Origin: a virus
Lineage: Duplodnaviria; Caudoviricetes
Virus record (IMG/VR): IMGVR_UViG_3300032275_000189
Span: 1-62,447 of that record
DNA length: 62,447 nt
Direction: 5' to 3' (one strand)
Shown here: positions 19,492 through 29,497 of the stretch, one piece after another
How the letters are laid out: every line of letters starts with the position of its first letter
Position numbering within the stretch: the stretch's first letter is position 1
Program-made: the position numbers and the translations under genes
Notes under the pieces: generated by a model
What the model was told of the DNA's origin: nothing
Seen by the model: the letters and a program-made list of their open reading frames with translations, nothing else
Database searches by the model: none

Positions 19492-20433
19492 ATGACTTTT
19501 TCATTTGGAACCGACCCTGAGTTCATGTTGACCCATCATGATGAACTCAAGAGCGCAATCAGTGTTCTTCCTAAGAAGGAAGATGCTGTTGTTAAGAACG
19601 GGCATGGGTACTACTTCGATAACGTCTTAGCCGAGATCGCAGTAAAACCAGCCAAGAACAAAGACGAAGCACTATGCAATGTGCGATCTGCATTACATGG
19701 ACTGGCTCAGATCATTCAACCTGCCAAGTTCGTCATTAGGGCGTCTGGCAATTACCCTAAGAAGGAATTGAATTGCCCGGACGCCAAGATTGCTGGATGT
19801 AATCCAGAATGGAACGTGTACAGTCTTCAACAGGTCTTCCCGCCCGATGATGACGTAGACCTTCTGGACGGCTACTACCAATTCAAAACGCCGTTCCGGT
19901 CGGCGGGTGGTCACATCCATATTGGCAGTGACGATCTTCAAGACCCTACGAATGCCTTCAATGTCATTCGCATGATGGACTTGTTCCTGGGAATTCCGTC
20001 TATCTTCATGGATACTGATGAGACATCCAAGGACAGAAGAAGAATCTATGGTCATGCAGGCTCGCATCGCACGCCAGATTATGGTCTGGAGTATCGTGCT
20101 TTGGGTAACTTCTGGTTGTCTTCTCCTGAGCATGTGGCCTTGATGTACGATCTGACCTCATTCGTTATGAGTTTCGTGAATCAGAAGATTCACGAGCGAT
20201 TCTGGACTGTGAATGAAGACCTATTGGACGAAGAAGACCCTAGTGTTGCATATTCTTGTTTTGGCTATGACGCCAATATGCTTCGCAAGGCAATTGATAC
20301 CTGCAATCGAAAAGAAGCTGACAAGTTCATGATGTTTGTGAGCAATTATCTTCCGACTCGCTTGCTTCAGGCGATTGACCGGCTTTCTGGCAAAGCCCTT
20401 CCTGACCCTTATGTTGCATGGAATATCGAATAA
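19492..20433 (+). CDS. phiEco32-like COOH-NH2 ligase (type 2)
   Basis: GTDPEF, DNVLAE, GCNPE, RSAGGHIHIG, RRRIYG.AG..R, YGLEYR. Confidence 0.88.
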   Translation: MTFSFGTDPEFMLTHHDELKSAISVLPKKEDAVVKNGHGYYFDNVLAEIAVKPAKNKDEALCNVRSALHGLAQIIQPAKFVIRASGNYPKKELNCPDAKIAGCNPEWNVYSLQQVFPPDDDVDLLDGYYQFKTPFRSAGGHIHIGSDDLQDPTNAFNVIRMMDLFLGIPSIFMDTDETSKDRRRIYGHAGSHRTPDYGLEYRALGNFWLSSPEHVALMYDLTSFVMSFVNQKIHERFWTVNEDLLDEEDPSVAYSCFGYDANMLRKAIDTCNRKEADKFMMFVSNYLPTRLLQAIDRLSGKALPDPYVAWNIE

Positions 20434-21095
20434 TGTATGAAGTCATCGTGCGTGAACCAGAAGGGGATTGCCTCGGTATGGTTGTGTTGCTACCGGGTCG
20501 AGGACAGCCTGCAAAGGACATCCTGGCCCGGTATCATCGCTTTTCGACATTGAATCAATTCACATTGGTAGCTATTGAACCAATGGATGAATGGTATCCT
20601 GCGCCCAAGGGAGCAGAAGATCAAATGGAAGCGGTTTGGGGACTGAAGCTATCCGTCCCTCAGATGGACGAATTCATCGCTGAACTCGAAGAAGAGTTTG
20701 AAGTGGATCGGTCCAATGTGATATTAGGTGGATTTTCTGCTGGGGCGGTGATGGCTATTCAACTTGCCGCTCTTACAGACAATCCATTCAACGCCGTGAT
20801 TGCCCATAACGGGGCGATATTGGAGCCAGACGAATTGCCTGAGTCTCGGCACCCGACTAAATATCTTGTTATTCACAATGAAAACGACGATTGCTTTTCA
20901 TGGGAAGAACGATATTTGCCTATGAAGAATGCCTTGCTTGAACAAGGCTACGATTTAGAAGTGATCGAGGGTGAAGTCGGCGGTCATTTTATTGCCCCAG
21001 AAGATGTCGAAGACGCTGGCTTCTGGATTAGAGAACAATATGATCTGCCTATGCCTGAAAAAACAAACTATTCTTCTGAAGAGACTCCCGAATAA
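20433..21095 (+). CDS. Alpha/beta hydrolase (phospholipase/carboxylesterase family)
   Basis: GFSAG nucleophile elbow, HNENDD, GGHFI. Confidence 0.8.
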   Translation: MYEVIVREPEGDCLGMVVLLPGRGQPAKDILARYHRFSTLNQFTLVAIEPMDEWYPAPKGAEDQMEAVWGLKLSVPQMDEFIAELEEEFEVDRSNVILGGFSAGAVMAIQLAALTDNPFNAVIAHNGAILEPDELPESRHPTKYLVIHNENDDCFSWEERYLPMKNALLEQGYDLEVIEGEVGGHFIAPEDVEDAGFWIREQYDLPMPEKTNYSSEETPE

Positions 21096-21774
21096 CTCGA
21101 CACCTTTGCCGTAAATCAAACTCTCGGCATTTGTGACACATCCAAGGCAGCTTGTATTCTTGGAAGGCTTTTACTTCCAAGAACAATCTCTTTTCATGGA
21201 TAAAGAATTCATTCTTGCAAGCCCTGCACGACATCTGTGTGAAGCCATCTTTGGCTTGGCTGCACATCTTTTCTTTTTGCTTAGACGTATGCGATTGATA
21301 ATATCGCAATAGCTCATCTGGCATATCTGGTATGACCAGCTTGGAGCCAACAAGCCATCCATATTTAGAACCGAACTCATGTGTAGACGGCGGTACGACC
21401 GATTGGTGCTTGTGCGCTCGAAACTCCATCCCGTTAAAAACCTTGCGGGTAAGAGATGGATCGGGATTCAAAAAGAGATGATGCGTTGACTTAGAGCTAC
21501 GGAACTTAGGATGAGGAACATACTCCGTCATTTGATGCAGAAGATCATTGGCTTCTTCTGTATCGCCTTCCACGTCAACAATATTGCCAAGTAAAATGCC
21601 CATGTCATAGGCATTGTCATTGTCATTGTCATTGTCAAAATACGGACGCCATTTTTCAGCATTCCAATTTCTGTTCCAATTCAGCCCCACCGGGGCCTTC
21701 TTTCCCAAGTAGACCGCAATTGGTTGTAACCCTGCTTGAACGTAGAGTTCAAACCATTGTGCCTTTGTTACCAT
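21049..21774 (-). CDS. Bifunctional primase/polymerase N-terminal domain with C-terminal Zn finger
   Basis: KKAP, MGILLG..VDVE, STHHLF, VVPPSTH; CRAC...CHKC. Confidence 0.7.
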   Translation of the reverse strand: MVTKAQWFELYVQAGLQPIAVYLGKKAPVGLNWNRNWNAEKWRPYFDNDNDNDNAYDMGILLGNIVDVEGDTEEANDLLHQMTEYVPHPKFRSSKSTHHLFLNPDPSLTRKVFNGMEFRAHKHQSVVPPSTHEFGSKYGWLVGSKLVIPDMPDELLRYYQSHTSKQKEKMCSQAKDGFTQMSCRACKNEFFIHEKRLFLEVKAFQEYKLPWMCHKCREFDLRQRCRVIRESLQKNSLFFQA

Positions 21775-21785
21775 GTATGCCCTGC

Positions 21786-21944
21786 TTACGAGTGAGACGG
21801 ATCACGAAGATATGATTTCATAGCTTCAATAATATCGCCAGTGGTGAGACTTTCAATCATGACGCCTTGGCGATGCGCCCACTCTACTACCTTGAGAACA
21901 TTCTTCTCATTCGTTTTGTTGAGCCAGAAGTTACGCAGTTTCAT
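21786..21944 (-). CDS. Small hypothetical protein
   Basis: MKLRNFWLNKTNE...; fills the gap. Confidence 0.5.
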   Translation of the reverse strand: MKLRNFWLNKTNEKNVLKVVEWAHRQGVMIESLTTGDIIEAMKSYLRDPSHS

Positions 21945-21979
21945 TTTGCACACTCTACTATTGTTAAGAGGTAAAATCA

Positions 21980-22891
21980 ATGTCGAAAACAGCCATAGTC
22001 ACTGGCGCTACAGGTTTTGTGGGCCATCACATTTGCAACAGGCTTTACAACAACAATTGGACCGTGATTGCTGTTGGAAGCAAAAGTGAAAACAATCCTT
22101 TGTGCCATAAGTTCCTCCAAATAAACTTGGACGGAATATCTTGGGATTTGATCCCAAAGATTGATGTTTGCTTTCACCAAGCGGCGAATAATGACACGAC
22201 AGATATGGACATGGAGAATATGCTCCGGTCGAATCTGACCGCTCCTTCAAATCTATTCTATCGCTTGGCGAGAGAAAAAGGCTGCAAGCAGTTCGTATAT
22301 GCGTCAAGTTGTTCTGTTTATGGAAACGAGTCTGTTCCATATTGCGAGAAGAAGACACGATTAGACCCGTTGAATCCATATGCTCACTCCAAAATGTTAT
22401 TTGAGCAATTTGCGGAAAGTTTCGCAATAGAGTACGGCGTCAATCTTGTTGGACTTAGATATTCCAATGTCTACGGTCCAGGAGAAAGCCACAAGGGAAA
22501 ACGGTCGAGTATGATAAGCCAATTATTACAAAAAATGCTGCGAGGGGAAAGGCCAAAAATATTCAAATTTGGAGAGCATTTAAGAGATTGGGTGTACATC
22601 GAAGATGTTGTAAATGCAAATTTATTGGCAAGCCAATACAAGAACTCCAATGTATTCAACGTAGGATCAGGAAAAGCCATGAGCTTCAATGATGTCGTAA
22701 GCACGCTGAATTTAGAGTTGGGTACGGATTTGGAACCAGAATATATCAACTGCCCATTTTTGGATGCTTATCAAGCTCACACATTATTGGATTTACACCA
22801 TTCAAAAACGTGCTTAGGCTATTTACCAGAATATGAACCAGCCAGCGGAATCAAGAAGTTCGTTGAAGAAACAAAAAAAGCCACAGTATAA
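21980..22891 (+). CDS. NAD-dependent epimerase, HldD/RfaD (ADP-heptose 6-epimerase)-like
   Basis: TGATGFVG, HQAA..DTT, YASSCSVYG, YAHSK, NVYGPGESHKGK. Confidence 0.85.
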   Translation: MSKTAIVTGATGFVGHHICNRLYNNNWTVIAVGSKSENNPLCHKFLQINLDGISWDLIPKIDVCFHQAANNDTTDMDMENMLRSNLTAPSNLFYRLAREKGCKQFVYASSCSVYGNESVPYCEKKTRLDPLNPYAHSKMLFEQFAESFAIEYGVNLVGLRYSNVYGPGESHKGKRSSMISQLLQKMLRGERPKIFKFGEHLRDWVYIEDVVNANLLASQYKNSNVFNVGSGKAMSFNDVVSTLNLELGTDLEPEYINCPFLDAYQAHTLLDLHHSKTCLGYLPEYEPASGIKKFVEETKKATV

Positions 22892-22927
22892 AACTGTGGC
22901 CTTCTTAACCCGTTGATTGTGGCACTG

Positions 22928-23137
22928 TTACATATACGCTTTGATGATTTGATAAATTCTATCAACAGGCACTTGAAATTTTTGTGACAAACTATCCAAC
23001 AACCGCTCGCTAAGACCAGAATTTCTGGTTGCAGCAAAAGCTGCGTCCAATATTTGTTTTGATAGCGGGTCTAAATTATTGCCCAATGCTGCTGGATTTC
23101 CTGGATTAAAGTGGGTAGGTTCTCCCATTTTATTCAA
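22928..23137 (-). CDS. Small hypothetical protein
   Basis: ORF follows the 23141 gene. Confidence 0.5.
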   Translation of the reverse strand: MNKMGEPTHFNPGNPAALGNNLDPLSKQILDAAFAATRNSGLSERLLDSLSQKFQVPVDRIYQIIKAYM

Positions 23138-23140
23138 CGA

Positions 23141-24091
23141 TTACATTTGACCCGGCTCAGGACGAACAGCCTGAGTTAAGTTCTCGGTATCAACTGGAGT
23201 GAATAGATTTTCACCACCGCCAGTGCTTTGATATTCAGTCCAACCATCGTTGTACTTCGCATCAGGAGAACTGCCGGTCATGCTCTTAACGCTATTCCAC
23301 CACTTCTCGTCGTCAGTGGCTTCTTTTTGCATTTTCTTCTTGGATGACTTCTTAGAGTTCTTCTTTGAGAACATTGGGCCTGCATCGCCCATGCCGCCAC
23401 CGACATCGCCGCCTTTGCCGCCTAGAACCTTCTTCTTGTGTTCTTCTGGCTCGCCTTCTTCGTCATCACCGTCCAAGTCTACACCGGCTTCTTCTTCAGC
23501 GTCTTCCATGTCGTCATCGCCCATGTCGCCTTCTTCAGCGTCTTCTTCATCGTCGCTGTCGTCGTTATCAGACCACATTTTCTTCTTGGACTTCATCATT
23601 TTCTTCTTGGACTTCTTCTTTGAGAAGAGAACTGAGTTCAAGTCTTTCTTGCCCTCGTCATCACCTTCATCGTCGCCTTCGGCGTCAATATCGGCACCTT
23701 CTTCATCGTCCATGTCTTCGTCGTCCATATCGGAACCGCACTTGGCTTTGGACTTCTTCTTGGATTGAGCGCCGCACATTTTGCCGCACTTCTTGCTGAA
23801 CTTAGGCTTTTCGTCGCCGTCGTCATCAGAATCCACATCAACGTCCACATCTGGATCGTCTTTTTCGGAAGATGGCTCAACCATCTCGCCGTCGCCGGTT
23901 TCATCTTCTTCTTCATCATCATCAAACATTTTCTTTTTAGCTTTCTTCTTGGCCATTTTCTTGGCTTCTTCTAGGTCCATACCGAAGCCAGATGGGGCTT
24001 GAATTCCCAAGTTTGATGGGTTGGAAATACCAAGATTAAAGCTCGGTAATACAGACTCATTCAGCGTCTTCCACTGTTTGTACGTTAGCAT
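23141..24091 (-). CDS. Acidic/Lys-block disordered protein; putative prohead core or internal protein
   Basis: MLTYKQWKTLNES, LEEAKK, alternating D/E and K blocks; GAGG RBS. Confidence 0.8.
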   Translation of the reverse strand: MLTYKQWKTLNESVLPSFNLGISNPSNLGIQAPSGFGMDLEEAKKMAKKKAKKKMFDDDEEEDETGDGEMVEPSSEKDDPDVDVDVDSDDDGDEKPKFSKKCGKMCGAQSKKKSKAKCGSDMDDEDMDDEEGADIDAEGDDEGDDEGKKDLNSVLFSKKKSKKKMMKSKKKMWSDNDDSDDEEDAEEGDMGDDDMEDAEEEAGVDLDGDDEEGEPEEHKKKVLGGKGGDVGGGMGDAGPMFSKKNSKKSSKKKMQKEATDDEKWWNSVKSMTGSSPDAKYNDGWTEYQSTGGGENLFTPVDTENLTQAVRPEPGQM

Positions 24092-24166
24092 AATTATTCC
24101 TCTTTCGATCTAAACGGGTTAAATCTATATATGACAGGCTCCAAATCTTTTCCAAAGGAACGGGAA

Positions 24167-24988
24167 ATGAAAAAAATACTTCTCGCTTTGGCTTTCTTCG
24201 GTACGCTGGCGTATCTGTATTGGTTTTTAACCACGCCTAGAGCAACGCCGGTTTATCTATCCCCCACAGATCAAATATCCAAGCAAGAAAAGCCACAGCC
24301 AGTTCATGAGATTTACGATATTATCAAAACAATCAACGACAGAAGCTCAAAAATCAACAGCCTTTACATTGTCGAAATGCCCATCCGTCTTCAGCAAGGC
24401 AACATGACGGCCAAAGTCTATGGCGAACTAGCAATGGAAAAAGAAAAGAACTTCCGATTGAAGGTCGCACACCAATTAACCGGGAAAGAAATGGATATTG
24501 GTTCAAACAAAACTCATTTCTGGTTCTGGTCAAAAAGAATGAATCCTCCAGCATTGCATTATTCTTTGCATGAAGACCTGGACAAGACAATGCTGAGAAC
24601 CGCATTGAACCCCGCCTGGATGATGGAATCACTCAATGTCAGCCCTGTCAGTACAGAAAACATCGAGATAGCCAAATTCAAAGAATTCTGGGCTACAATT
24701 CAACCAAGAATGAGCGGCACAGGAGAAAAAGTCACAGTGGTTACGCTCATACACCCTACTCAAACGGTTGTAGTTGGCAGATATTTGTACAATCAAAATG
24801 GCAAATTGATCGCAAGCACTGAATATCAGGACTTTTCAGATGTCATACCTAGAAAAATACTCATAATATGGTACGAAGAAGGTATAGCTCTCGATTGGGA
24901 CTTATCAAGGGTTCAAACAAATGTGGGCATCAATCCAAAATTTTGGATGATGCCCGACATGAGAAGCAAGATAGACATGGGAAAGTAA
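24167..24988 (+). CDS. Membrane-anchored or periplasmic protein, possible LolA-like fold
   Basis: N-terminal TM segment; EMDIGSN..HFWFWSKRMNPPA. Confidence 0.75.
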   Translation: MKKILLALAFFGTLAYLYWFLTTPRATPVYLSPTDQISKQEKPQPVHEIYDIIKTINDRSSKINSLYIVEMPIRLQQGNMTAKVYGELAMEKEKNFRLKVAHQLTGKEMDIGSNKTHFWFWSKRMNPPALHYSLHEDLDKTMLRTALNPAWMMESLNVSPVSTENIEIAKFKEFWATIQPRMSGTGEKVTVVTLIHPTQTVVVGRYLYNQNGKLIASTEYQDFSDVIPRKILIIWYEEGIALDWDLSRVQTNVGINPKFWMMPDMRSKIDMGK

Positions 24989-25225
24989 TTATTTGTTAAG
25001 TGCCTTCCTGATGGCGTCTCGTCTAACGGCCTGTGTTTTACGACGTTCGGCACTCAACCCAGCAGCATTGGTAGGCTGCTGAGGCGGTGCTGCCTGCGCA
25101 CGAAGTTGAGTTGGAGTAGGCCCAGCGGCAATACCCCCTGATGTTGAACGAACAGATGTAGTTGGACGAAGAACTGGTCCACTACGACCGCCACCGCCCC
25201 GATTTTTGCTGCATCCACATGCCAT
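24989..25225 (-). CDS. Small basic protein with CGC motif
   Basis: MACGCSK; GAGG RBS. Confidence 0.65.
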   Translation of the reverse strand: MACGCSKNRGGGGRSGPVLRPTTSVRSTSGGIAAGPTPTQLRAQAAPPQQPTNAAGLSAERRKTQAVRRDAIRKALNK

Positions 25226-25233
25226 AGTTGACC

Positions 25234-25416
25234 TCACATAAAATAACGTGTATTGGTTTTATAGATCAAGTTTTTCCGCTGACTGGTCTTTTGAATTCGA
25301 CTAATCAACTTTTCTTGCTGCTCAGTCATTGCTGGAGCCATCTTCGTACTGCCACAACCGCAACCTTCCTTTGGCTTCTCGTTTGGCTTCTCGTTTGGTA
25401 CTTGCGATTGGTCCAT
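25234..25416 (-). CDS. Small protein with GCGCG motif
   Basis: TAAATA-N4-ATG; 12-bp duplication (NEKP x2). Confidence 0.6.
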   Translation of the reverse strand: MDQSQVPNEKPNEKPKEGCGCGSTKMAPAMTEQQEKLISRIQKTSQRKNLIYKTNTRYFM

Positions 25417-25456
25417 ACTCTATTTATGGACGAGCAACCCAAAAAGGATTTCCAAT

Positions 25457-26944
25457 ATGTTTACAGAAGACGAGATATTGAAGCTAATTGAAAAAGCCAC
25501 TGACGCTGCATTCAAAAAGTTTAGCGATGGTTATTACCAAGATTCCGAAGTAATTCTTAACCAAACGCTCAAAGTCTTCCCGAACGAAATCCACGCACTT
25601 CAATTGATGGGACTTGTAAAGCATAATCTTAGCAAGTTCACAGAAGCCATCGACATCTTCAACAAGACTATCGAAATTGAACCCAATAATCCAGAAAACT
25701 ACAACAACATAGGCTTGTGCTATTCAAACAATGGAAAATATGACATTGCAATTGAAATGCTAAAGAAAGCCATAGAGCTAAATCCAACATGCTCGTACAT
25801 GCACAGTAATCTAGGACTCCAATATCGAAACATCAACAATCTCAATGCCGCAATAGAATGTTTCCAAAAGTCACTTTCCATTGAAGAGAATGAATTGACT
25901 TGGGGAATGTTAGGCGGCTGCTATGGCGAGAAGCGGGACTTAGAAGAAGCCGAACACTGTTTCAAGCGATCTATTGAAATCAATCCAGAGTTCGCTGGAG
26001 GGCATGTGGATTTAGCCAACGTGTATCACTTGAAGGGCGAATGGGACAAGGCGTGGGAGGAATACGAATGGCGACACGAGGTATTCGAGCAACTTAAAGT
26101 TTGGCAGACTCTTTATGATCCCGCCAAGAAATGGACGGGACAACCACTGGAAGGCAAGACCATAATCGTACATGGAGAGCAAGGTCATGGAGATACAATT
26201 CAATTTTTTCGGTATATCCAATACTTGAAGAACGCCCATGTGATCTTACATTGCTCCGGCGATCTGGCAGACATATTTGCTGGTCACATTGATGATATTT
26301 ACACGAATGAACCGAGCGAAACAAAAACAGAACAATTGCCTAGCCATGATTATCATTGTTCTATTTTGAGCCTACCTTATATTCTAAAATTGAAAGAAGC
26401 ACCAGCATTCCCATTAAATATCACCAAGAACATAAATCTTGATCGCTACTCTAATTCATTGAAGATTGGAATCGTGTGGGCTGGAAATCCCCAGCACCCA
26501 AATGACGCCAATCGTTCTTGCCATCTGAAGTATTTCCAAGAGATTCATGACATTCCAGGTGTTAAGTTGTTTAGTTTGGTAAAGGACACCCGGCCTCGCA
26601 TCTATCGTTTCAATTCTGATCCTATTGATCTGACTGAAGAAACTGAAGAAATGAAGATCGTGGATATGTCACCACTCATGAACACTTTTGGTGACACAGC
26701 AGAGATAATCAATTCTCTCGATCTAGTGATTACCGTAGACACATCTGTTCTGCATCTTGCTGGGTCAATGGGTAAGCCAACCTGGGCTTTGCTGCCGTGG
26801 GTTTGTGATTGGAGATGGGGAACAGGAACAGAAACAGCATGGTATCCAAGTGTTAGGATATTTCGCCAGCCGTCAAAAGGCGATTGGCATTCAGTATTTT
26901 CAAACATCAAGAAAGAGATTTATAATGAACAACGATTACGTTGA
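25457..26944 (+). CDS. TPR-repeat plus GT9-like glycosyltransferase
   Basis: Multiple TPRs; EQGHGDTIQF, IGIVWAGNP, LDLVITVDTS..HLAG, WRW...WYPS. Confidence 0.9.
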   Translation: MFTEDEILKLIEKATDAAFKKFSDGYYQDSEVILNQTLKVFPNEIHALQLMGLVKHNLSKFTEAIDIFNKTIEIEPNNPENYNNIGLCYSNNGKYDIAIEMLKKAIELNPTCSYMHSNLGLQYRNINNLNAAIECFQKSLSIEENELTWGMLGGCYGEKRDLEEAEHCFKRSIEINPEFAGGHVDLANVYHLKGEWDKAWEEYEWRHEVFEQLKVWQTLYDPAKKWTGQPLEGKTIIVHGEQGHGDTIQFFRYIQYLKNAHVILHCSGDLADIFAGHIDDIYTNEPSETKTEQLPSHDYHCSILSLPYILKLKEAPAFPLNITKNINLDRYSNSLKIGIVWAGNPQHPNDANRSCHLKYFQEIHDIPGVKLFSLVKDTRPRIYRFNSDPIDLTEETEEMKIVDMSPLMNTFGDTAEIINSLDLVITVDTSVLHLAGSMGKPTWALLPWVCDWRWGTGTETAWYPSVRIFRQPSKGDWHSVFSNIKKEIYNEQRLR

Positions 26945-27197
26945 GAAGAATTTAGTTTACCAAGACCAAGTACAGCAAATTGCGAAGTTGGTGTTCCACG
27001 TTTTTTACTACGACGAGGAAGAAAAGCTCAATTATTCTCCTGCGGAGGCTTACGAAAAGGAAGTCACCGACGACTTGCTGCCAATGGCAGAAAAGATTTT
27101 ACACTTCTTCGGAACTGCGGACGAAGCGAAGAAAGCAATTCGCTTCCTACATACAGTAAACCCAATTAAGGCCAAGGAAATATTTGATGAACTGTAA
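26925..27197 (+). CDS. Hypothetical protein
   Basis: Overlapping operonic ORF. Confidence 0.6.
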   Translation: MNNDYVEKNLVYQDQVQQIAKLVFHVFYYDEEEKLNYSPAEAYEKEVTDDLLPMAEKILHFFGTADEAKKAIRFLHTVNPIKAKEIFDEL

Positions 27198-28032
27198 AAT
27201 CTTCTACAGGATTAGCAGCAATAGCCTGCCTAAGCCAAAACTACCGGGTGCAAACAAGCTCCGATGCTTGGACAATTTCATAAGTGCATTTGGACCCGAA
27301 ATCAATGTGCTGGCTGACAATTGTGACGTGCAGACATTAAACGAACTTGAACGACGTGGTTTGTCCACATTGACGACAGACTATGGCAACGCTCAATCAT
27401 TTTTGTTTACATTGTCGCAGGTTCAGTATTGCCCATACGATACGCTGATCTACTTCGTAGAAGATGATTACCTTCATTTGCCGACATCTCGCACCCTTCT
27501 TGAAGAAGGCATTGCCTCTGGCGTGGATTATGTCACCCTATATGACCACCCGGATAAATACGGCCCGTTATATGATGGCGGCGAAACATCCAAAGTGTTT
27601 CGCACCGCATCATCTCATTGGAGAACATCTATCTCCACCTGCATGACGTTCGCATCTACAGCAGGCATATTGAAGAAGGATATGGAAACATGGCACAAAT
27701 GGTGCAGCGACACCAATCCCGACGATCATGGTGCTTTTTCATATTTGAATACACAGGGAAGAAAATTGGCCGTGTGTATTCCTGGGGCTGCGTGCCATAC
27801 AGATTTGAACTATTCGACCATCATTGGCGAAAATTGGATTGAACCGTGGGCGATCCAAATGATGCTCAAAACTGTGGAGAAAAGCATCTACAAGGGATAT
27901 GACGCAGATGCCATTGATGCGATGGAAGAAGTGCTTCATCACCAAAAAGGACAACACAATGACTTAACGAAGTTGATGTTGATCTCAGAAATTGAGAACC
28001 ACAGTAAAAAGAAAAGAGCGAGCAAACTTTGA
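27187..28032 (+). CDS. Glycosyltransferase-like protein (GT-A fold)
   Basis: LADNC, GNAQSF, YFVEDDYLH, TLYDHPDKY. Confidence 0.75.
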   Translation: MNCKIFYRISSNSLPKPKLPGANKLRCLDNFISAFGPEINVLADNCDVQTLNELERRGLSTLTTDYGNAQSFLFTLSQVQYCPYDTLIYFVEDDYLHLPTSRTLLEEGIASGVDYVTLYDHPDKYGPLYDGGETSKVFRTASSHWRTSISTCMTFASTAGILKKDMETWHKWCSDTNPDDHGAFSYLNTQGRKLAVCIPGAACHTDLNYSTIIGENWIEPWAIQMMLKTVEKSIYKGYDADAIDAMEEVLHHQKGQHNDLTKLMLISEIENHSKKKRASKL

Positions 28033-28047
28033 TGTTTGCTCGCTCTC
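28015..28047. terminator. Hairpin between convergent genes
   Basis: AGAGCGAGCAAAC / GTTTGCTCGCTCT. Confidence 0.7.
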
Positions 28048-28076
28048 GGAAGTGACCAACTCAACGAACTCAGCAA

Positions 28077-28427
28077 TTACGACTGAGTTGTTGTCGATGC
28101 AGTCGAAGACTTGCTCTTGGCCGGAGCCTTGACAGAAGTGACCTTCTTAGAAACAGAAGACTTCTTTGCAGCCTTCTTCAGCGTTGCAGTTGCAGGAGTC
28201 GCAGTCTTGCTGGCGGTGTCGCTGACATCAACATCAGTGAAGCCCAGAGACTTGGCGAGATTGCGTGCAGCGCCGCTGACAGCGGACTTGGTAGGGAACT
28301 GTGTGCTACCATCGCTTCGGCGAGCCAACTTGGTTGGCTTGAGGCCAGCGATGCTGACGGTTCCTTCGTAATAATCACCAGCATCGCTCTTGCGGCTGGC
28401 AACTCGGACAGACAGAGTGTTACTCAT
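28077..28427 (-). CDS. Small basic protein with K/S/A/T-rich histone-H1-like tail
   Basis: KKAAKKSSVSKK tail; own promoter and terminator. Confidence 0.75.
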   Translation of the reverse strand: MSNTLSVRVASRKSDAGDYYEGTVSIAGLKPTKLARRSDGSTQFPTKSAVSGAARNLAKSLGFTDVDVSDTASKTATPATATLKKAAKKSSVSKKVTSVKAPAKSKSSTASTTTQS

Positions 28428-28486
28428 TCGGATTCGTGCCTTTCTTTCATGGAATAGGTCTATGTAGGTTTCCCACACGTTAGGGA

Positions 28487-28515
28487 ATTCTATATTCAAC
28501 ATAGTAGTCGGTCAA
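28487..28515 (-). promoter_or_regulatory. Sigma70-type promoter
   Basis: TTGACC-N17-TAGAAT on the minus strand. Confidence 0.65.
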
Positions 28516-28525
28516 TATCTTTCCT

Positions 28526-29224
28526 TTATTTTTTTGCTTTCAAATCATCAAACACAAAGTTTCTCATCTTGTCCAAGCTGCATATTTTGGGTTCGACGAC
28601 ACCCGTGTTGCAAAGTGTCGGGATCAACATGCGCCGATCAGCAGGACGGAATCGCTTCCTGTAAAAACCATCAACGGCATCCTTGTACTTCGTGTACAGC
28701 GATGACATGCTGACGCCTGGAACCGTCTCCGACAAGTTGAACGTCGTCAATATACTCACAATGGTTTTGGCGACTTCTTCGACAGGCGCTTTCTTCTTGC
28801 TATTGCCGATCTTGGAGAAGTTGACAAACCAGAGCATTGTGTCCGGGTCGTACAGAAACAGCGGGTTGACAGACCCGGCCCGATAATGGGCGTCGATATA
28901 ATCTTCGATCTGTGAAATCCAAAGTTTTTGCCCATTATTGGCTTGGATATAGTTCTGGAAATAGAAATATCCAATTATGCTCCGAAAGCTCAAAATCAGA
29001 ACATCTCGGCCTCCCTTGTTGTTCAAGCCGTGGCGAAGGCAAAAAGAACAGTAAAAATTTCCTGGACCTGAAAGCCTATCTATTAACTGTGATTGGGTGC
29101 TGACGGACTCACAGTTCTTTTCACAAAAGCAACATTTGCGGAAAACTTTGTCCGATAGCTCTCCTGAGAGCGTGGCGGGGATCGGTTTGAGCCGAACTTG
29201 GCACATAGAAAGTTTTTCAGACAT
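28526..29224 (-). CDS. Hypothetical protein with N-terminal Zn finger
   Basis: CCFC...CSFC. Confidence 0.75.
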   Translation of the reverse strand: MSEKLSMCQVRLKPIPATLSGELSDKVFRKCCFCEKNCESVSTQSQLIDRLSGPGNFYCSFCLRHGLNNKGGRDVLILSFRSIIGYFYFQNYIQANNGQKLWISQIEDYIDAHYRAGSVNPLFLYDPDTMLWFVNFSKIGNSKKKAPVEEVAKTIVSILTTFNLSETVPGVSMSSLYTKYKDAVDGFYRKRFRPADRRMLIPTLCNTGVVEPKICSLDKMRNFVFDDLKAKK

Positions 29225-29305
29225 CGTTTATTCACCGAAATTTGAGAAAGCTCGCATACATAATAAGAAGCGAGTATACTCAATCACCAGAACGAGGAAA
29301 AAAAT

Positions 29306-29497
29306 ATGAAGACATTTATTCAATGGGCAGGCGAAGTCAAGAAAGAACTGCCTCTGTATATGCAAGACGAAAACACAAAGCGTGCTGGTATTGCACATTG
29401 GGCTTACCCGGACGCATATGTCCGTCAACAGTACCCAGATGCTTATTTCATGCCTACCGCCGCAGATGCTATGCAGAAGATGGGCAAGCGTAAGTAA
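29306..29497 (+). CDS. Small putative capsid-internal protein
   Basis: MKTFIQWAGEVKKE; GAGG RBS. Confidence 0.7.
   Translation: MKTFIQWAGEVKKELPLYMQDENTKRAGIAHWAYPDAYVRQQYPDAYFMPTAADAMQKMGKRK

Noticed and set aside
21612-21636. 6-bp repeat (CATTGT x4) as a regulatory or phase-variable site
   Set aside because: In-frame DN repeat in a probable loop; a length change would not shift the frame
23250-24002. Several plus-strand ORFs (Ser/Phe/Arg-rich)
   Set aside because: Antisense shadows of the low-complexity acidic gene
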